Assembly: GCA_041559835.1 (NCBI GenBank)
Contig: JBFFCO010000001.1
Span: forward strand, 1 to 24,461
Reading direction: 5' to 3'
DNA from: Minisyncoccia bacterium
GTDB lineage: Bacteria > Patescibacteriota > Minisyncoccia > UBA6257 > JAAZHW01
Length of the DNA stretch: 24,461 nt
The notes under the pieces are model-generated. The model saw only the letters and a list, made by a program, of their open reading frames with translations, did not search any database and was not told the DNA's origin. A program made the translations under genes and the position numbers. Below, piece after piece: positions 1 to 8,307 of this stretch; the first letter of the stretch is position 1, and each line of letters begins with the position of its first letter.

Positions 1-11
1 ATTTTTAAAGA

Positions 12-20
12 TGTTAGAAT
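12..20 (+). promoter_or_regulatory. Extended -10 element (TG-t-TAGAAT) upstream of the nuclease-mod-res operon
   Basis: TGTTAGAAT lies 36 nt before the ATG at 57. Any -35 would fall outside the window. Confidence 0.4.
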
Positions 21-56
21 GGTAAAAATAAGGCATTATTAAATATAGAAATTAAA

Positions 57-497
57 ATGAAAAAAGAAATTAAGAAATTATCAGAAGAATTTGTAAAAAG
101 ATCTATTATTCAATGGCTTTCAAGAAATAAATATGGTAGAAATTTAAAATTTGGAGGATTGAGAGATAAGGGGGTGGATATAAGAGTTCAACATAATAAT
201 TATGGCAGATATTTTTTAATTGAAACAAAGGGAGAATCTAAAATAGCACAAGGACAAGAAGTGGCATTTGTTTATTCATTGGGACAAATAATAACAAGAA
301 TGAATGTTAAAGAAAAAACAAAATATAAATATGGATTAGGATTGCCCGAATCAAGTGCTAAAATTGCTATTAGAAGAATACCTTATCAAATAGCAAAACA
401 GCTTTATTTAAATGTTTTTTCTGTAAATAATAAAGGGGTAGTTAAATTATATACCCCCGAAGATTTAAAAAAATATCAAAATGAAAAAAGAAGATAA
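57..497 (+). CDS. Small PD-(D/E)XK restriction-endonuclease-fold protein
   Basis: 146 aa with GVDI...FLIETKG (D...ExK spacing), followed by the helix SLGQIITRM. Overlaps mod by 17 nt. Confidence 0.55.
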   Translation: MKKEIKKLSEEFVKRSIIQWLSRNKYGRNLKFGGLRDKGVDIRVQHNNYGRYFLIETKGESKIAQGQEVAFVYSLGQIITRMNVKEKTKYKYGLGLPESSAKIAIRRIPYQIAKQLYLNVFSVNNKGVVKLYTPEDLKKYQNEKRR

Positions 498-2250
498 AAA
501 AGACAAAAAAATATTCCGATTGGAAAAGGAAATTGAGAAATTAAAGAAAAGTATTAAAAGGCAAAAATATGGTTTAGTTTGGGCTGATATTCCAGAAAAA
601 TTTGAAGACGATGTTGAAAACAAATTGCCTATATTAAAAGAAATTCCAAGATTGGCTATTTCAAGTAAAGACGATAAGCCAACTCATATTTTAATTGAAG
701 GCGATAATTATCATTCTTTAACTTGTTTGAATTATACCCACAAGGGAAAAATTGATATTATTTATATTGATCCACCTTACAATACTGGAAGTGATGGTTT
801 CAAATATAATGACAAAAGAATTGCTGATAAATACCCTGATGGTGTTTTAGTTGAAAAAGATAATCCTTACAGGCATAGCTATTGGCTTTCTTTTATGGCT
901 AAAAGATTGGAATTGACAGAAAGTTTATTGAGTAAAAGGGGGGTTGTTTTTATAAGTGTTGGAGAAGATGAATTAGCACAATTAAAGTTTCTTTGCGATG
1001 AAGTGTTTGGAAAAGATAATTTCGTTTCAATTGTTGCAAGAGTGGCTAAAACAGCGAGCGATAAAGGAAATTTCTTTGCTCCGTCAATTGATTTCGTTGT
1101 TTGCTATGCAAAAAATATAAAATACTTGAAACCATTTATTGGTAAGGTGGATATAAAATTATACAAAAAGAAAGATAAGAATGGATTTTATAGAGATGAT
1201 GTTGCTTTATATCAGTCATCTTTGGATCCTATGAGGGGATGCTCAAATCAAAGATATTATATTTTATGCCCTGATAATTCTTTGGTAATCCCACGGGGTA
1301 ATGTTTTTCCAAAGATAAAAAAAGAGGCTGAAAATATAAAGCCCAAAACAAAAGAAGACAAGGTTTGGCGATGGACTTATAAAACTTATTTAGAGAAAAA
1401 AGACTTTTTGGTTTTCAAAAAATCAAAAAGGTCTCCTCTTCTTGATGAAAAAGGGGAACAAGCAAAATGGAATATTTATACAAAAAGTTATTTGAGAGAT
1501 AGAGAAGAAAAAGGAACAAAGCCAAGAAATTATTTAGATAGATTTATAAACAGAAAAGGTGCTGATTTTCTAAAAACAATTGATATAGATTTTAGATATT
1601 CAAAACCAACAGAATTGATTAAATATTTATTGGAAATAACACAATTAAAAAAAGCTATTATTCTTGATTTTTTTGCTGGCTCTGGAACAACGGCCCAAGC
1701 AGTTTTAGAATTAAACAGAGAAGATAAGGGAAAAAGGCAGTTCATTTTAGCCACTAATAATGACGAGGTTGTTAACGGCACAAAACACAAAATAATGACT
1801 GATATTTGTTATCCGAGAATAGAAAGAATTATAAAAGGTTATAGGGAATATTCAGCATTAGGAAATTCAATTAAATATTATAAAACTGATTTTGTCGGGA
1901 AAAATAATATTCTTAATGCTGATGATAGAGATAAATCGGAATTAGCACATAAAGCGGGGACTTTATTAGCAATAGCAGAGAATACCCTTGATCTAAAAAA
2001 GGAAAATAGATTTTATCAGATTTTTGAGAATAAAAATCAATATACAGCCGTGTATTTTCGAGAAGAAGCTAAAAAATTTGATGATTTTATCAAAGAAATT
2101 TTGAAATTAGAAAAAGATGTTTCGGTTTATATTTTTAATTGGGAAGATGATATTGAAATTCAAGAATTTGAAGAAGCTAAAAATATTAAAGTAAAAACTA
2201 TTCCAAAGCCGATTTTGGAAATATACAAAAGAATTTATAATTTAATTTAA
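481..2250 (+). CDS. mod: Type III restriction-modification DNA adenine methyltransferase (Mod)
   Basis: Catalytic motif IV DIIYIDPPYNTG precedes SAM-binding motif I ILDFFAGSGTT (beta-class order). Also has the N-terminal LIEGDN motif and lies 4 nt upstream of a Res-like helicase. Confidence 0.93.
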   Translation: MKKEDKKDKKIFRLEKEIEKLKKSIKRQKYGLVWADIPEKFEDDVENKLPILKEIPRLAISSKDDKPTHILIEGDNYHSLTCLNYTHKGKIDIIYIDPPYNTGSDGFKYNDKRIADKYPDGVLVEKDNPYRHSYWLSFMAKRLELTESLLSKRGVVFISVGEDELAQLKFLCDEVFGKDNFVSIVARVAKTASDKGNFFAPSIDFVVCYAKNIKYLKPFIGKVDIKLYKKKDKNGFYRDDVALYQSSLDPMRGCSNQRYYILCPDNSLVIPRGNVFPKIKKEAENIKPKTKEDKVWRWTYKTYLEKKDFLVFKKSKRSPLLDEKGEQAKWNIYTKSYLRDREEKGTKPRNYLDRFINRKGADFLKTIDIDFRYSKPTELIKYLLEITQLKKAIILDFFAGSGTTAQAVLELNREDKGKRQFILATNNDEVVNGTKHKIMTDICYPRIERIIKGYREYSALGNSIKYYKTDFVGKNNILNADDRDKSELAHKAGTLLAIAENTLDLKKENRFYQIFENKNQYTAVYFREEAKKFDDFIKEILKLEKDVSVYIFNWEDDIEIQEFEEAKNIKVKTIPKPILEIYKRIYNLI

Positions 2251-2254
2251 CTTT

Positions 2255-4627
2255 ATGATTTTATTTAATCCATTAGATTTTCAAAAAGAAGCAGTCAGGG
2301 AATTGACTAATGCTTTTGTTAAAATTTGGAAAAGAAAAGAAGGGCAGTTGCCGATTGTTTTCAAATCTCCGACTGGAAGCGGAAAAACTTTTATGATTGC
2401 TAATTTTATTAGGCGATTAAACCATCTTCCTCAATGGCAAGAAGATAAGGCATTTATTTGGATTACTTTTTCTGATGATTTAGCAATACAAAGCAGGGAT
2501 AAATTCAAAGAGTATTTTGAAAATCAATTAGAAAACGAACTTCTAACCATTGAGAATATCAATCAAGGTAGATTATTGGAAAATGATATTATATTTTTGA
2601 ATTGGCAAAAGATTGTTTCGAGAAGTGCTGAAAATAGAATTTTACGAAGACCCGATGATGAGTTAATGAGAAAAGAACAAGGTAAGTATTGGGAAGATTT
2701 GATTGACGGCACAAAGGAAGAAAAACGAGAAATTATTTTGGTTATTGATGAGGCTCATAAAAATAAAAGCACTATACTCGCTCAAGAAATTATTGATTAT
2801 ATTGATCCAAAAATAATTTTACATATTACGGCTACTCCTAATGAAAAAGATGAATTAGGGTCGCGAAGAATAGGAGGTTTTATTGAAACAGAAAGGGAAA
2901 AAATTATTGATGAGGGCTTAATTAAAGAGAAGATTGTCGTCCAAACAGAAGAGGATTTAAGAAAACATAAGGGAGAAGATTTAGATAAAATTCTTCTTGA
3001 TTTGGGAATTGAAAAAAGAAATGAATTGATAGAAGAATACAAAAAAATTGGCAAAAAAATAAATCCTCTAATGTTAATTCAATTACCTAATGACGACAAA
3101 AAATTGATTGAAACTGGTAGGGAAACAAAAGAAATGGTGGTTTGTGATTATTTTAAGAAAATTAGAATAAACAAAAATAAAATTGCTAAGTGGTTTGATG
3201 GTAGAAAAGAAAATATGGAAAGAATAACTGAAAATGATGATGATGTTGATTTTATGCTTTTTAAACAAGCCGCTGGAACTGGCTGGGATTGTCCCCGTGC
3301 TTCTATTTTGGTTATGTTTAGGGAAATAAAATCAAATAAATTCTATACTCAAACAATTGGCAGAATTTTAAGAATGCCCGAACCACAATTAAAAGAAGAT
3401 TATAAAGATAGTGAAAAATTAAGAATTGGGTATTTGTTTACTAATTATAAGAGAAGTGAAATAGAAATACCCGACCAAAACGGAAAAAATAAACCATATA
3501 CAAAATTCGCTTACAAGAAAAAAGGAATGAAAAATATTTCTTTAAAATCCGCTTATGTCCCCCGTCTTGATTATGGAGATATCCCGCAATCTTGGAAATT
3601 TCAAGAAAGTTTTAAGCAATCAATGGATAAATATTTTAAAATTACAAAAAATGATATTTTGGGAAAGGCGAAGGAAAAATTAAAAAAGGCGGGTGTTAAT
3701 CTTTTAAGTGAATTAACTAATCAAATTATTGTTAATGCTGAATTTGAAGATTTTGATAATTTAAATTTTGAATTTAAAGAAAAAGGAGATGACTTAGATT
3801 TAGAAATGTCTTCTAATGATGTTGAAAAATATTTTAATTATATTTGTTATCAATTATTACAAGAACAAACAGATGACGAGGCAAAAATAAGCAATATAGC
3901 AAGATCTTGGAGTAGATTAAAATCAGCAATTAGGGTTTGGTTTAAGGGAGTGTTAGGTGAAAATAGTGATTATTATTACAGGGTTTTTATAAAAGATATA
4001 CAAAAAGGTGAAGAAAGTAAATTTAGACCAGCTATAACTCAAGCCATAAAAGATTTTAGACCAATGGCTGAAAAATTATTGAAAGAGAAGAAAAAGAAAC
4101 AGGAAGAAAAAGAAGCCCCTATTTTTGAAATAAAAGATGTTTATCATTTTACTGATGATTATGTTGAAGAACCTCAAAAATTGTGTGTTTTGGATAAATT
4201 CTTTGTCTTAAAAGAATATGATGGGAAGGAAAATGAAATGAAATTTAAGGATTATTTAGAAAAGAAAGGAAATAATATTGAATGGTGGTTTAAGAATAGA
4301 GATTACGGAAAAAATTATTTTGGTATTAAATATTTCAATACTGCCGACAAAAAAGAATCCTTATTCTACCCCGACTGGATTATTAAATTCAAAAATGGCA
4401 AGTTTGGAATTTTTGATACAAAAAAAGGAAATACTGCTAAAAATACAGAAGGCAGAGCCGAAGGATTAGCGGAAAAATTAAAAGAGTTGGGGAGTAAGTA
4501 TATTGGCGGAATAGTTGTTTTGGAAAATGGAGTTTGGTATTACAATAATTCTTTAAAATACAAATACGAAAAAGGGAAAATTGGAAGTGATAAAAATTGG
4601 AAAAAATTAGAGGAATTATTTAATTAA
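2255..4627 (+). CDS. res: Type III restriction enzyme Res subunit (SF2 helicase plus C-terminal nuclease)
   Basis: Walker A SPTGSGKT, Walker B IDEAH, GWDCPRA, QTIGRILR, and a C-terminal FYPDWII...IFDTKKG nuclease motif. Confidence 0.9.
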   Translation: MILFNPLDFQKEAVRELTNAFVKIWKRKEGQLPIVFKSPTGSGKTFMIANFIRRLNHLPQWQEDKAFIWITFSDDLAIQSRDKFKEYFENQLENELLTIENINQGRLLENDIIFLNWQKIVSRSAENRILRRPDDELMRKEQGKYWEDLIDGTKEEKREIILVIDEAHKNKSTILAQEIIDYIDPKIILHITATPNEKDELGSRRIGGFIETEREKIIDEGLIKEKIVVQTEEDLRKHKGEDLDKILLDLGIEKRNELIEEYKKIGKKINPLMLIQLPNDDKKLIETGRETKEMVVCDYFKKIRINKNKIAKWFDGRKENMERITENDDDVDFMLFKQAAGTGWDCPRASILVMFREIKSNKFYTQTIGRILRMPEPQLKEDYKDSEKLRIGYLFTNYKRSEIEIPDQNGKNKPYTKFAYKKKGMKNISLKSAYVPRLDYGDIPQSWKFQESFKQSMDKYFKITKNDILGKAKEKLKKAGVNLLSELTNQIIVNAEFEDFDNLNFEFKEKGDDLDLEMSSNDVEKYFNYICYQLLQEQTDDEAKISNIARSWSRLKSAIRVWFKGVLGENSDYYYRVFIKDIQKGEESKFRPAITQAIKDFRPMAEKLLKEKKKKQEEKEAPIFEIKDVYHFTDDYVEEPQKLCVLDKFFVLKEYDGKENEMKFKDYLEKKGNNIEWWFKNRDYGKNYFGIKYFNTADKKESLFYPDWIIKFKNGKFGIFDTKKGNTAKNTEGRAEGLAEKLKELGSKYIGGIVVLENGVWYYNNSLKYKYEKGKIGSDKNWKKLEELFN

Positions 4628-4656
4628 ACAAAAAAATAGTGTATAATAATATCAAA

Positions 4657-4936
4657 ATGAAATATCTCAAAAAATTGGTTAGTGAGCCCAGTTCTTATCA
4701 GAAAACATTTTTAATCTATCTATTAGTTAATGAAAGGTATAGAAAATAAATCTATTAGATCTATGAGCTGGTTTAGGATTGGACATATCGGCGAAAGATA
4801 TTTGCACACAGGCAATCATTCCTTGGGTTGTATTACAATGACCGAAGTTGAGAGATGGGATGAAATATATGATAAATTAATCAAAGCACGCAAGGGAGAT
4901 TTTTTGAGTGTGGGCATGCTTGAGATTGTGGATTGA
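4657..4936 (+). pseudogene. Probable broken gene: a 30-codon ORF (4657-4749) overlapped in the +1 frame by a 68-codon ORF (4730-4936) with an L,D-transpeptidase/Tlde1-like His-Cys motif
   Basis: The 68-aa ORF contains YLHTGNHSLGCIT but is too short for a full domain. TATAAT lies just upstream of the ATG at 4657. Confidence 0.45.
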
Positions 4937-4938
4937 TT

Positions 4939-5589
4939 ATGAATCTTATAATAAAAAATATTAGCAAATCAGGGCTTATAATTATTTTTATGATATTAAT
5001 TATATTAGTATCAGTTTTTTTAGTCTCAAAAAATAAAAATAAAATTTTGAAAGAAGAAAGAATTTTGTCAAAAACTGATTATAGAATATTCCATTGTGGC
5101 GAAGAGATTTTTCTGAAAGCAGATAGAGAATCATTAATTACAAAAAGAAACGGCTTGTTTGCAAGAAGCAAAAAAGGGAGCATTATTGTTGACGGCACAC
5201 CCTTAAATAACGAAGACATTTTATTAACTTCATTTTTTGATGCAGCCGGTGGGACTCTTAAATTTTCAGATGAGTATGGGGATATATTTCGCATACCAAC
5301 TGAAACTGGCATTCGTGAGTTTCGGTTTGGCGATCTATGTAATGGAAAAGAAGCAAATCTTTATGTATTGCATCACAGGATTGAAACATCGACGAAGCCA
5401 TGGTCTATTTACTCTCGAATTATGTGGAAATATTTTGATCATGTTTTAACAAATAATTATGGCAAAGTCCCCCCTGGAGATTGTATTGTATTTATCTTTG
5501 ACTCGGAAGATATTTTAGGACATCCATGGCCATACTGCACTTCTCATGAAGATGCAATAATTGCTGGAAAATTAATTTTAGAAAATTAA
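4939..5589 (+). CDS. Hypothetical membrane-anchored extracytoplasmic protein
   Basis: N-terminal hydrophobic helix GLIIIFMILIILVSVFLV followed by a soluble region with four Cys. First ATG is at 4939. Confidence 0.75.
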   Translation: MNLIIKNISKSGLIIIFMILIILVSVFLVSKNKNKILKEERILSKTDYRIFHCGEEIFLKADRESLITKRNGLFARSKKGSIIVDGTPLNNEDILLTSFFDAAGGTLKFSDEYGDIFRIPTETGIREFRFGDLCNGKEANLYVLHHRIETSTKPWSIYSRIMWKYFDHVLTNNYGKVPPGDCIVFIFDSEDILGHPWPYCTSHEDAIIAGKLILEN

Positions 5590-5630
5590 TTTTCTTTTTT
5601 TGAATTAAATCTAATTATTATCTTTTGTGA

Positions 5631-5750
5631 ATAAAATAAGCATACCCAAAATTAGAGGAAGAATATAAAAGGTTAGAACTGGGAGAAGCATTGATGAATA
5701 AAGAAAAAACAGAGGCGATTACCTCCATTCATTCACGGTGGGGTGGCTGA
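5631..5750 (+). pseudogene. Possible C-terminal remnant of a tRNA-targeting site-specific recombinase
   Basis: The frame reads IK*AYPKLEEEYKRLELGEALMNKEKTEAITSIHSRWGG*, and its Trp codon is the reverse complement of the tRNA-His CCA. The resemblance to CPR serine recombinase tails is from memory and unverified. Confidence 0.4.
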
Positions 5751-5815
5751 CGGGCTTCGATCCCGCAACCTTCGCTGCCACAGAGCGACGCTCTACCAAT
5801 TGAGCTACAGCCACC
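5739..5815 (-). tRNA. tRNA-His (GUG), with G-1 and encoded CCA
   Basis: Cloverleaf G-GTGGCTG / GCTC..GAGC / TCGCT-CTGTGGC-AGCGA / GCGGG-ATCGAAG-CCCGT / CAGCCAC-C-CCA. The G-1:C73 His identity pair is present. Confidence 0.96.
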
Positions 5816-5834
5816 ATGATTATCTATTGTCTTA

Positions 5835-5863
5835 ATTCTACTTATTTCTGTCCCTCATGTCAA
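5835..5863 (-). promoter_or_regulatory. Sigma70 promoter for tRNA-His
   Basis: TTGACA-17 nt-TAGAAT on the minus strand, about 20 nt upstream of the tRNA. Confidence 0.75.
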
Positions 5864-5951
5864 AGTTGAGATTATCCACTTTTGCTTCAAAAGTGATTAT
5901 TTTTTTGTGGTATAATTTTAATGTAGTTAAAAAATCTCGGGTGTTTTTAAA

Positions 5952-6278
5952 ATGCCACAGGATAAAGGTCGTAGAATTATTAATAAAGCCAAAAATAATC
6001 TTATGAAAAATTGGAGTGTTTTCGCATTAGCAATCATAATTATTGCCGTTGTTGCTATTTTGGTCATTGGTCAGATTGACATCTATCCAAGGTTTGCAAA
6101 GGAATCAGAAGTTCCAGAGGCAACCGGTGATGTTGATACAGCCGTTGATGCTCTTTTGATAATGGCAGAAAATGAGGTGGTAAATATTGAAGGCGAAGAT
6201 TTAGGATTAGACCTTCTTGAAGATGAATTGTTGTCAATTGATGAATTTGGCGAAGTTTTAAACGAATATGAATTATAA
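5952..6278 (+). CDS. Small hypothetical protein with one N-terminal TM helix and an acidic C-terminus (alternative start 6003)
   Basis: Hydrophobic segment VFALAIIIIAVVAILVIG. Overlaps the next gene by 11 nt. TG-g-TATAAT at 5908-5916. Confidence 0.7.
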   Translation: MPQDKGRRIINKAKNNLMKNWSVFALAIIIIAVVAILVIGQIDIYPRFAKESEVPEATGDVDTAVDALLIMAENEVVNIEGEDLGLDLLEDELLSIDEFGEVLNEYEL

Positions 6279-7302
6279 GGAATTAATAAAAAGTATTTTT
6301 GTTTTTGTTTTAGTTGTTGGATTATTATTGCCTGTTATTTCTCTTGCTAAGCAAGATGGTAAGGGCTTTGGTCCCGGTATGTCAAATAATGGAAATGGGA
6401 GTGATAATGGAAATGGAAATGGTGAGGGTAATGGCGATGGGAGTGATAATGGAAATGGTGATGATAATGGCATGAATGGAAATGGTGATGGGGAGAATGG
6501 TATGAACGATGATGAATCAAATCAAGGATTAAGAAAATCCACCAAAAGAGGTGGTAAAGATTTTTGTAATAGAATTGATTTGCTAATTCAAAATAGAAAT
6601 AGAATAAATGAGAGGTGGGAAGAATTTGGACAAAAGAAGCAAGAAAGAAAAATGGGAATAGCCAATAAGAAGTCTGAAAATGAATTGAGGAGAAGTGAAA
6701 AAAACGAAGAAAGGAATATCAAAAAGAATGAGCATTTTGAAAAAATGCTTGAGTTAGCCCAAGACAATGAGCAAAGATTAGCGATTTTAGAATTTCAACA
6801 AGCAGTTGATCAAGCAATTCAATCGCGAAGTCAGAAAGTTGAATTAGCTAAAGATGAATTTCGCCAAGCATTAGAAGAGATGATACAAAATAGGCAACAA
6901 GAAATGGAAATGGTTGCCTTGAATTATCGCCAGCAAGTTCAATCTTCAATAGAGAATGCAAAAACTGCTTGCGAGGAAGAGGGGGCTGATTCAGAATTGA
7001 TTTGGAAAAATCTTTTGGAAGAGACGAGGCAATTAAAGGAGCAATTTCAATTAGCAAGGCAATCAATGGGTGAGATTGAGAAAGATGTTAGACCATTGGT
7101 TGAGGCAAGAAGGACTCTCTTTAAAGAAGCATTGGATTCTTTCAAGGAAGAATTAGAGCAAGCAAGGGATAATTTGAAATTGGCTCTTAGTGGTCAAGAA
7201 GAATCTCCTGAACCAACTGAGACTCCTGAGCCAACAGAGACTCCTGAACCAACAGAGACTCCTGAATCTACTGAAACCCCTGAGCCAACTGAGACACCGT
7301 AG
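6268..7302 (+). CDS. Secreted hypothetical protein: signal peptide, Gly/Asn/Asp-rich linker, long coiled coil, C-terminal PEPTET repeats
   Basis: Signal-like MNYKELIKSIFVFVLVVGLLLPVISLA, a GNGSDNGNG tract, an E/Q/K/R-rich helical region and five (T/S)PE(P/S)TE units. Confidence 0.8.
   Translation: MNYKELIKSIFVFVLVVGLLLPVISLAKQDGKGFGPGMSNNGNGSDNGNGNGEGNGDGSDNGNGDDNGMNGNGDGENGMNDDESNQGLRKSTKRGGKDFCNRIDLLIQNRNRINERWEEFGQKKQERKMGIANKKSENELRRSEKNEERNIKKNEHFEKMLELAQDNEQRLAILEFQQAVDQAIQSRSQKVELAKDEFRQALEEMIQNRQQEMEMVALNYRQQVQSSIENAKTACEEEGADSELIWKNLLEETRQLKEQFQLARQSMGEIEKDVRPLVEARRTLFKEALDSFKEELEQARDNLKLALSGQEESPEPTETPEPTETPEPTETPESTETPEPTETP
7204..7299 (+). repeat. In-frame 18-bp tandem repeat (about 5 units) encoding PEPTET
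   Basis: ACTCCTGAACCAACAGAG-like units with synonymous variation. Confidence 0.9.
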
Positions 7303-7317
7303 CAAATCTTGATTTCT

Positions 7318-7344
7318 AAAATACCCGCTTGGCGGGTATTTTTT
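7318..7344 (+). terminator. Intrinsic terminator
   Basis: AAAATACCCGC-TTG-GCGGGTATTTTTT, 15 nt after the stop at 7302. Confidence 0.8.
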
Positions 7345-7393
7345 ATCATCCTGTATTTGATTTTGAGGGGGAATTGGAATAGACTAATAATAT

Positions 7394-7465
7394 GCTCCTG
7401 TGGTGAAATGGATATCACGCCGGTCTTCGGAACCGTCGTTGGGGGTTCGAATCCTCCCGGGAGCA
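7394..7465 (+). tRNA. tRNA-Arg (UCG), CCA not encoded
   Basis: GCTCCTG/CGGGAGC acceptor stem, D-loop with A20 (Arg identity element), anticodon loop CT-TCG-GA, GGGGG-TTCGAAT-CCTCC T arm. Confidence 0.92.
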
Positions 7466-7481
7466 CGATTATTTGGGGTTC

Positions 7482-7542
7482 TCCGCCAGAGGCGGACATT
7501 TCTGTCCGCCAAGGGTGGCACATCCGCCTCAGGCGGACGGAT
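7482..7542. repeat. Cluster of three CCGCC-N3-GG(C/T)GG palindromes
   Basis: TCCGCC-AGA-GGCGGA, TCCGCC-AAG-GGTGG and TCCGCC-TCA-GGCGGA. Segment 7502-7542 matches 17377-17417 at 38/41 nt. Confidence 0.85.
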
Positions 7543-7654
7543 TCTCAAAAAATAAATAAAATAAAATATTTTATATTTTAAAGGCGCGGGGGTAGAAACC
7601 AAAAACTTTGAAAAAATAAAAAGTGTGGTAGAATGGTAAAAAATTAGAATTATT

Positions 7655-8248
7655 ATGAAATCAAAGGCAGTAAAAATATCAATAGGAGTAGTTGTGGCAA
7701 TAATAATTATCGCAAGTGCATGGCTATTGACTATGGCAGACAACAAGGAAAATGTAGAAAGAACTGGGGAAAGAATCCAGAATCAAATACAACAAATTAG
7801 CTTACTCACAAGCCAGAGTTTAATTCAATTTCAAAATATATCTCAAAAACAAGAAGAGGGCGACCTGAAGTCAGCCCTTGATTTAGTAACAGAAGAAAAA
7901 GAGAGAAATAAGGAAATAAATAATTTAGCGATGGCTCTCACTGAAGAATTAAAAGAGTTGGCAAAATTATCAATAAGATTAAATAGTGAAAAAGAAAGAA
8001 ATATCACAGAAGAAGCTATCCAATACCAAATTGAAGCAATAAGCCATCTTTTAAATTATGGTAGCGGAGTTGATACCATACTCCAAGAATTAGCAAAAAA
8101 ATATGAAGATAGCATTGAAGGAAGGGAGACGAGTATTAAGAGAGATATGGGGCAATTAATTGGATTGATTCAAGATGAGATAAGAATCGCTGAAGAAAAA
8201 AGCCAAGAATTTATTAAAGCAATAAGTTTAATATCCGAGGAAAAATAA
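7655..8248 (+). CDS. Hypothetical membrane-anchored coiled-coil protein
   Basis: N-terminal TM ISIGVVVAIIIIASAWLL, then an E/Q/K-rich helical sequence. TG-g-TAGAAT at 7626-7634. Confidence 0.8.
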   Translation: MKSKAVKISIGVVVAIIIIASAWLLTMADNKENVERTGERIQNQIQQISLLTSQSLIQFQNISQKQEEGDLKSALDLVTEEKERNKEINNLAMALTEELKELAKLSIRLNSEKERNITEEAIQYQIEAISHLLNYGSGVDTILQELAKKYEDSIEGRETSIKRDMGQLIGLIQDEIRIAEEKSQEFIKAISLISEEK

Positions 8249-8262
8249 TAATAAATTATTTT

Positions 8263-8300
8263 AAAAAAACCCCGCCGAATTTCCGTCGGCGGGGTTTTTT
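8263..8300. terminator. Bidirectional intrinsic terminator between convergent genes
   Basis: A7-CCCCGCCGA-ATTTCCG-TCGGCGGGG-T6. Confidence 0.88.
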
Positions 8301-8307
8301 CTTTTCC

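Noticed and set aside
481-2250. Phase-variable simple sequence repeat in mod
   Set aside because: Only short A/T runs typical of AT-rich DNA are present, there is no tandem tract and the frame is intact.
7204-7299. Regular short repeats as a possible CRISPR array
   Set aside because: They are contiguous in-frame 18-bp coding units with no spacers. No repeat-spacer array or cas gene is seen in the window.
15-7642. Shared 14-mer TAGAATGGTAAAAA at 15-28 and 7629-7642
   Set aside because: It is mostly a -10 box plus an A-run, so promoter consensus and base composition are enough to explain it.
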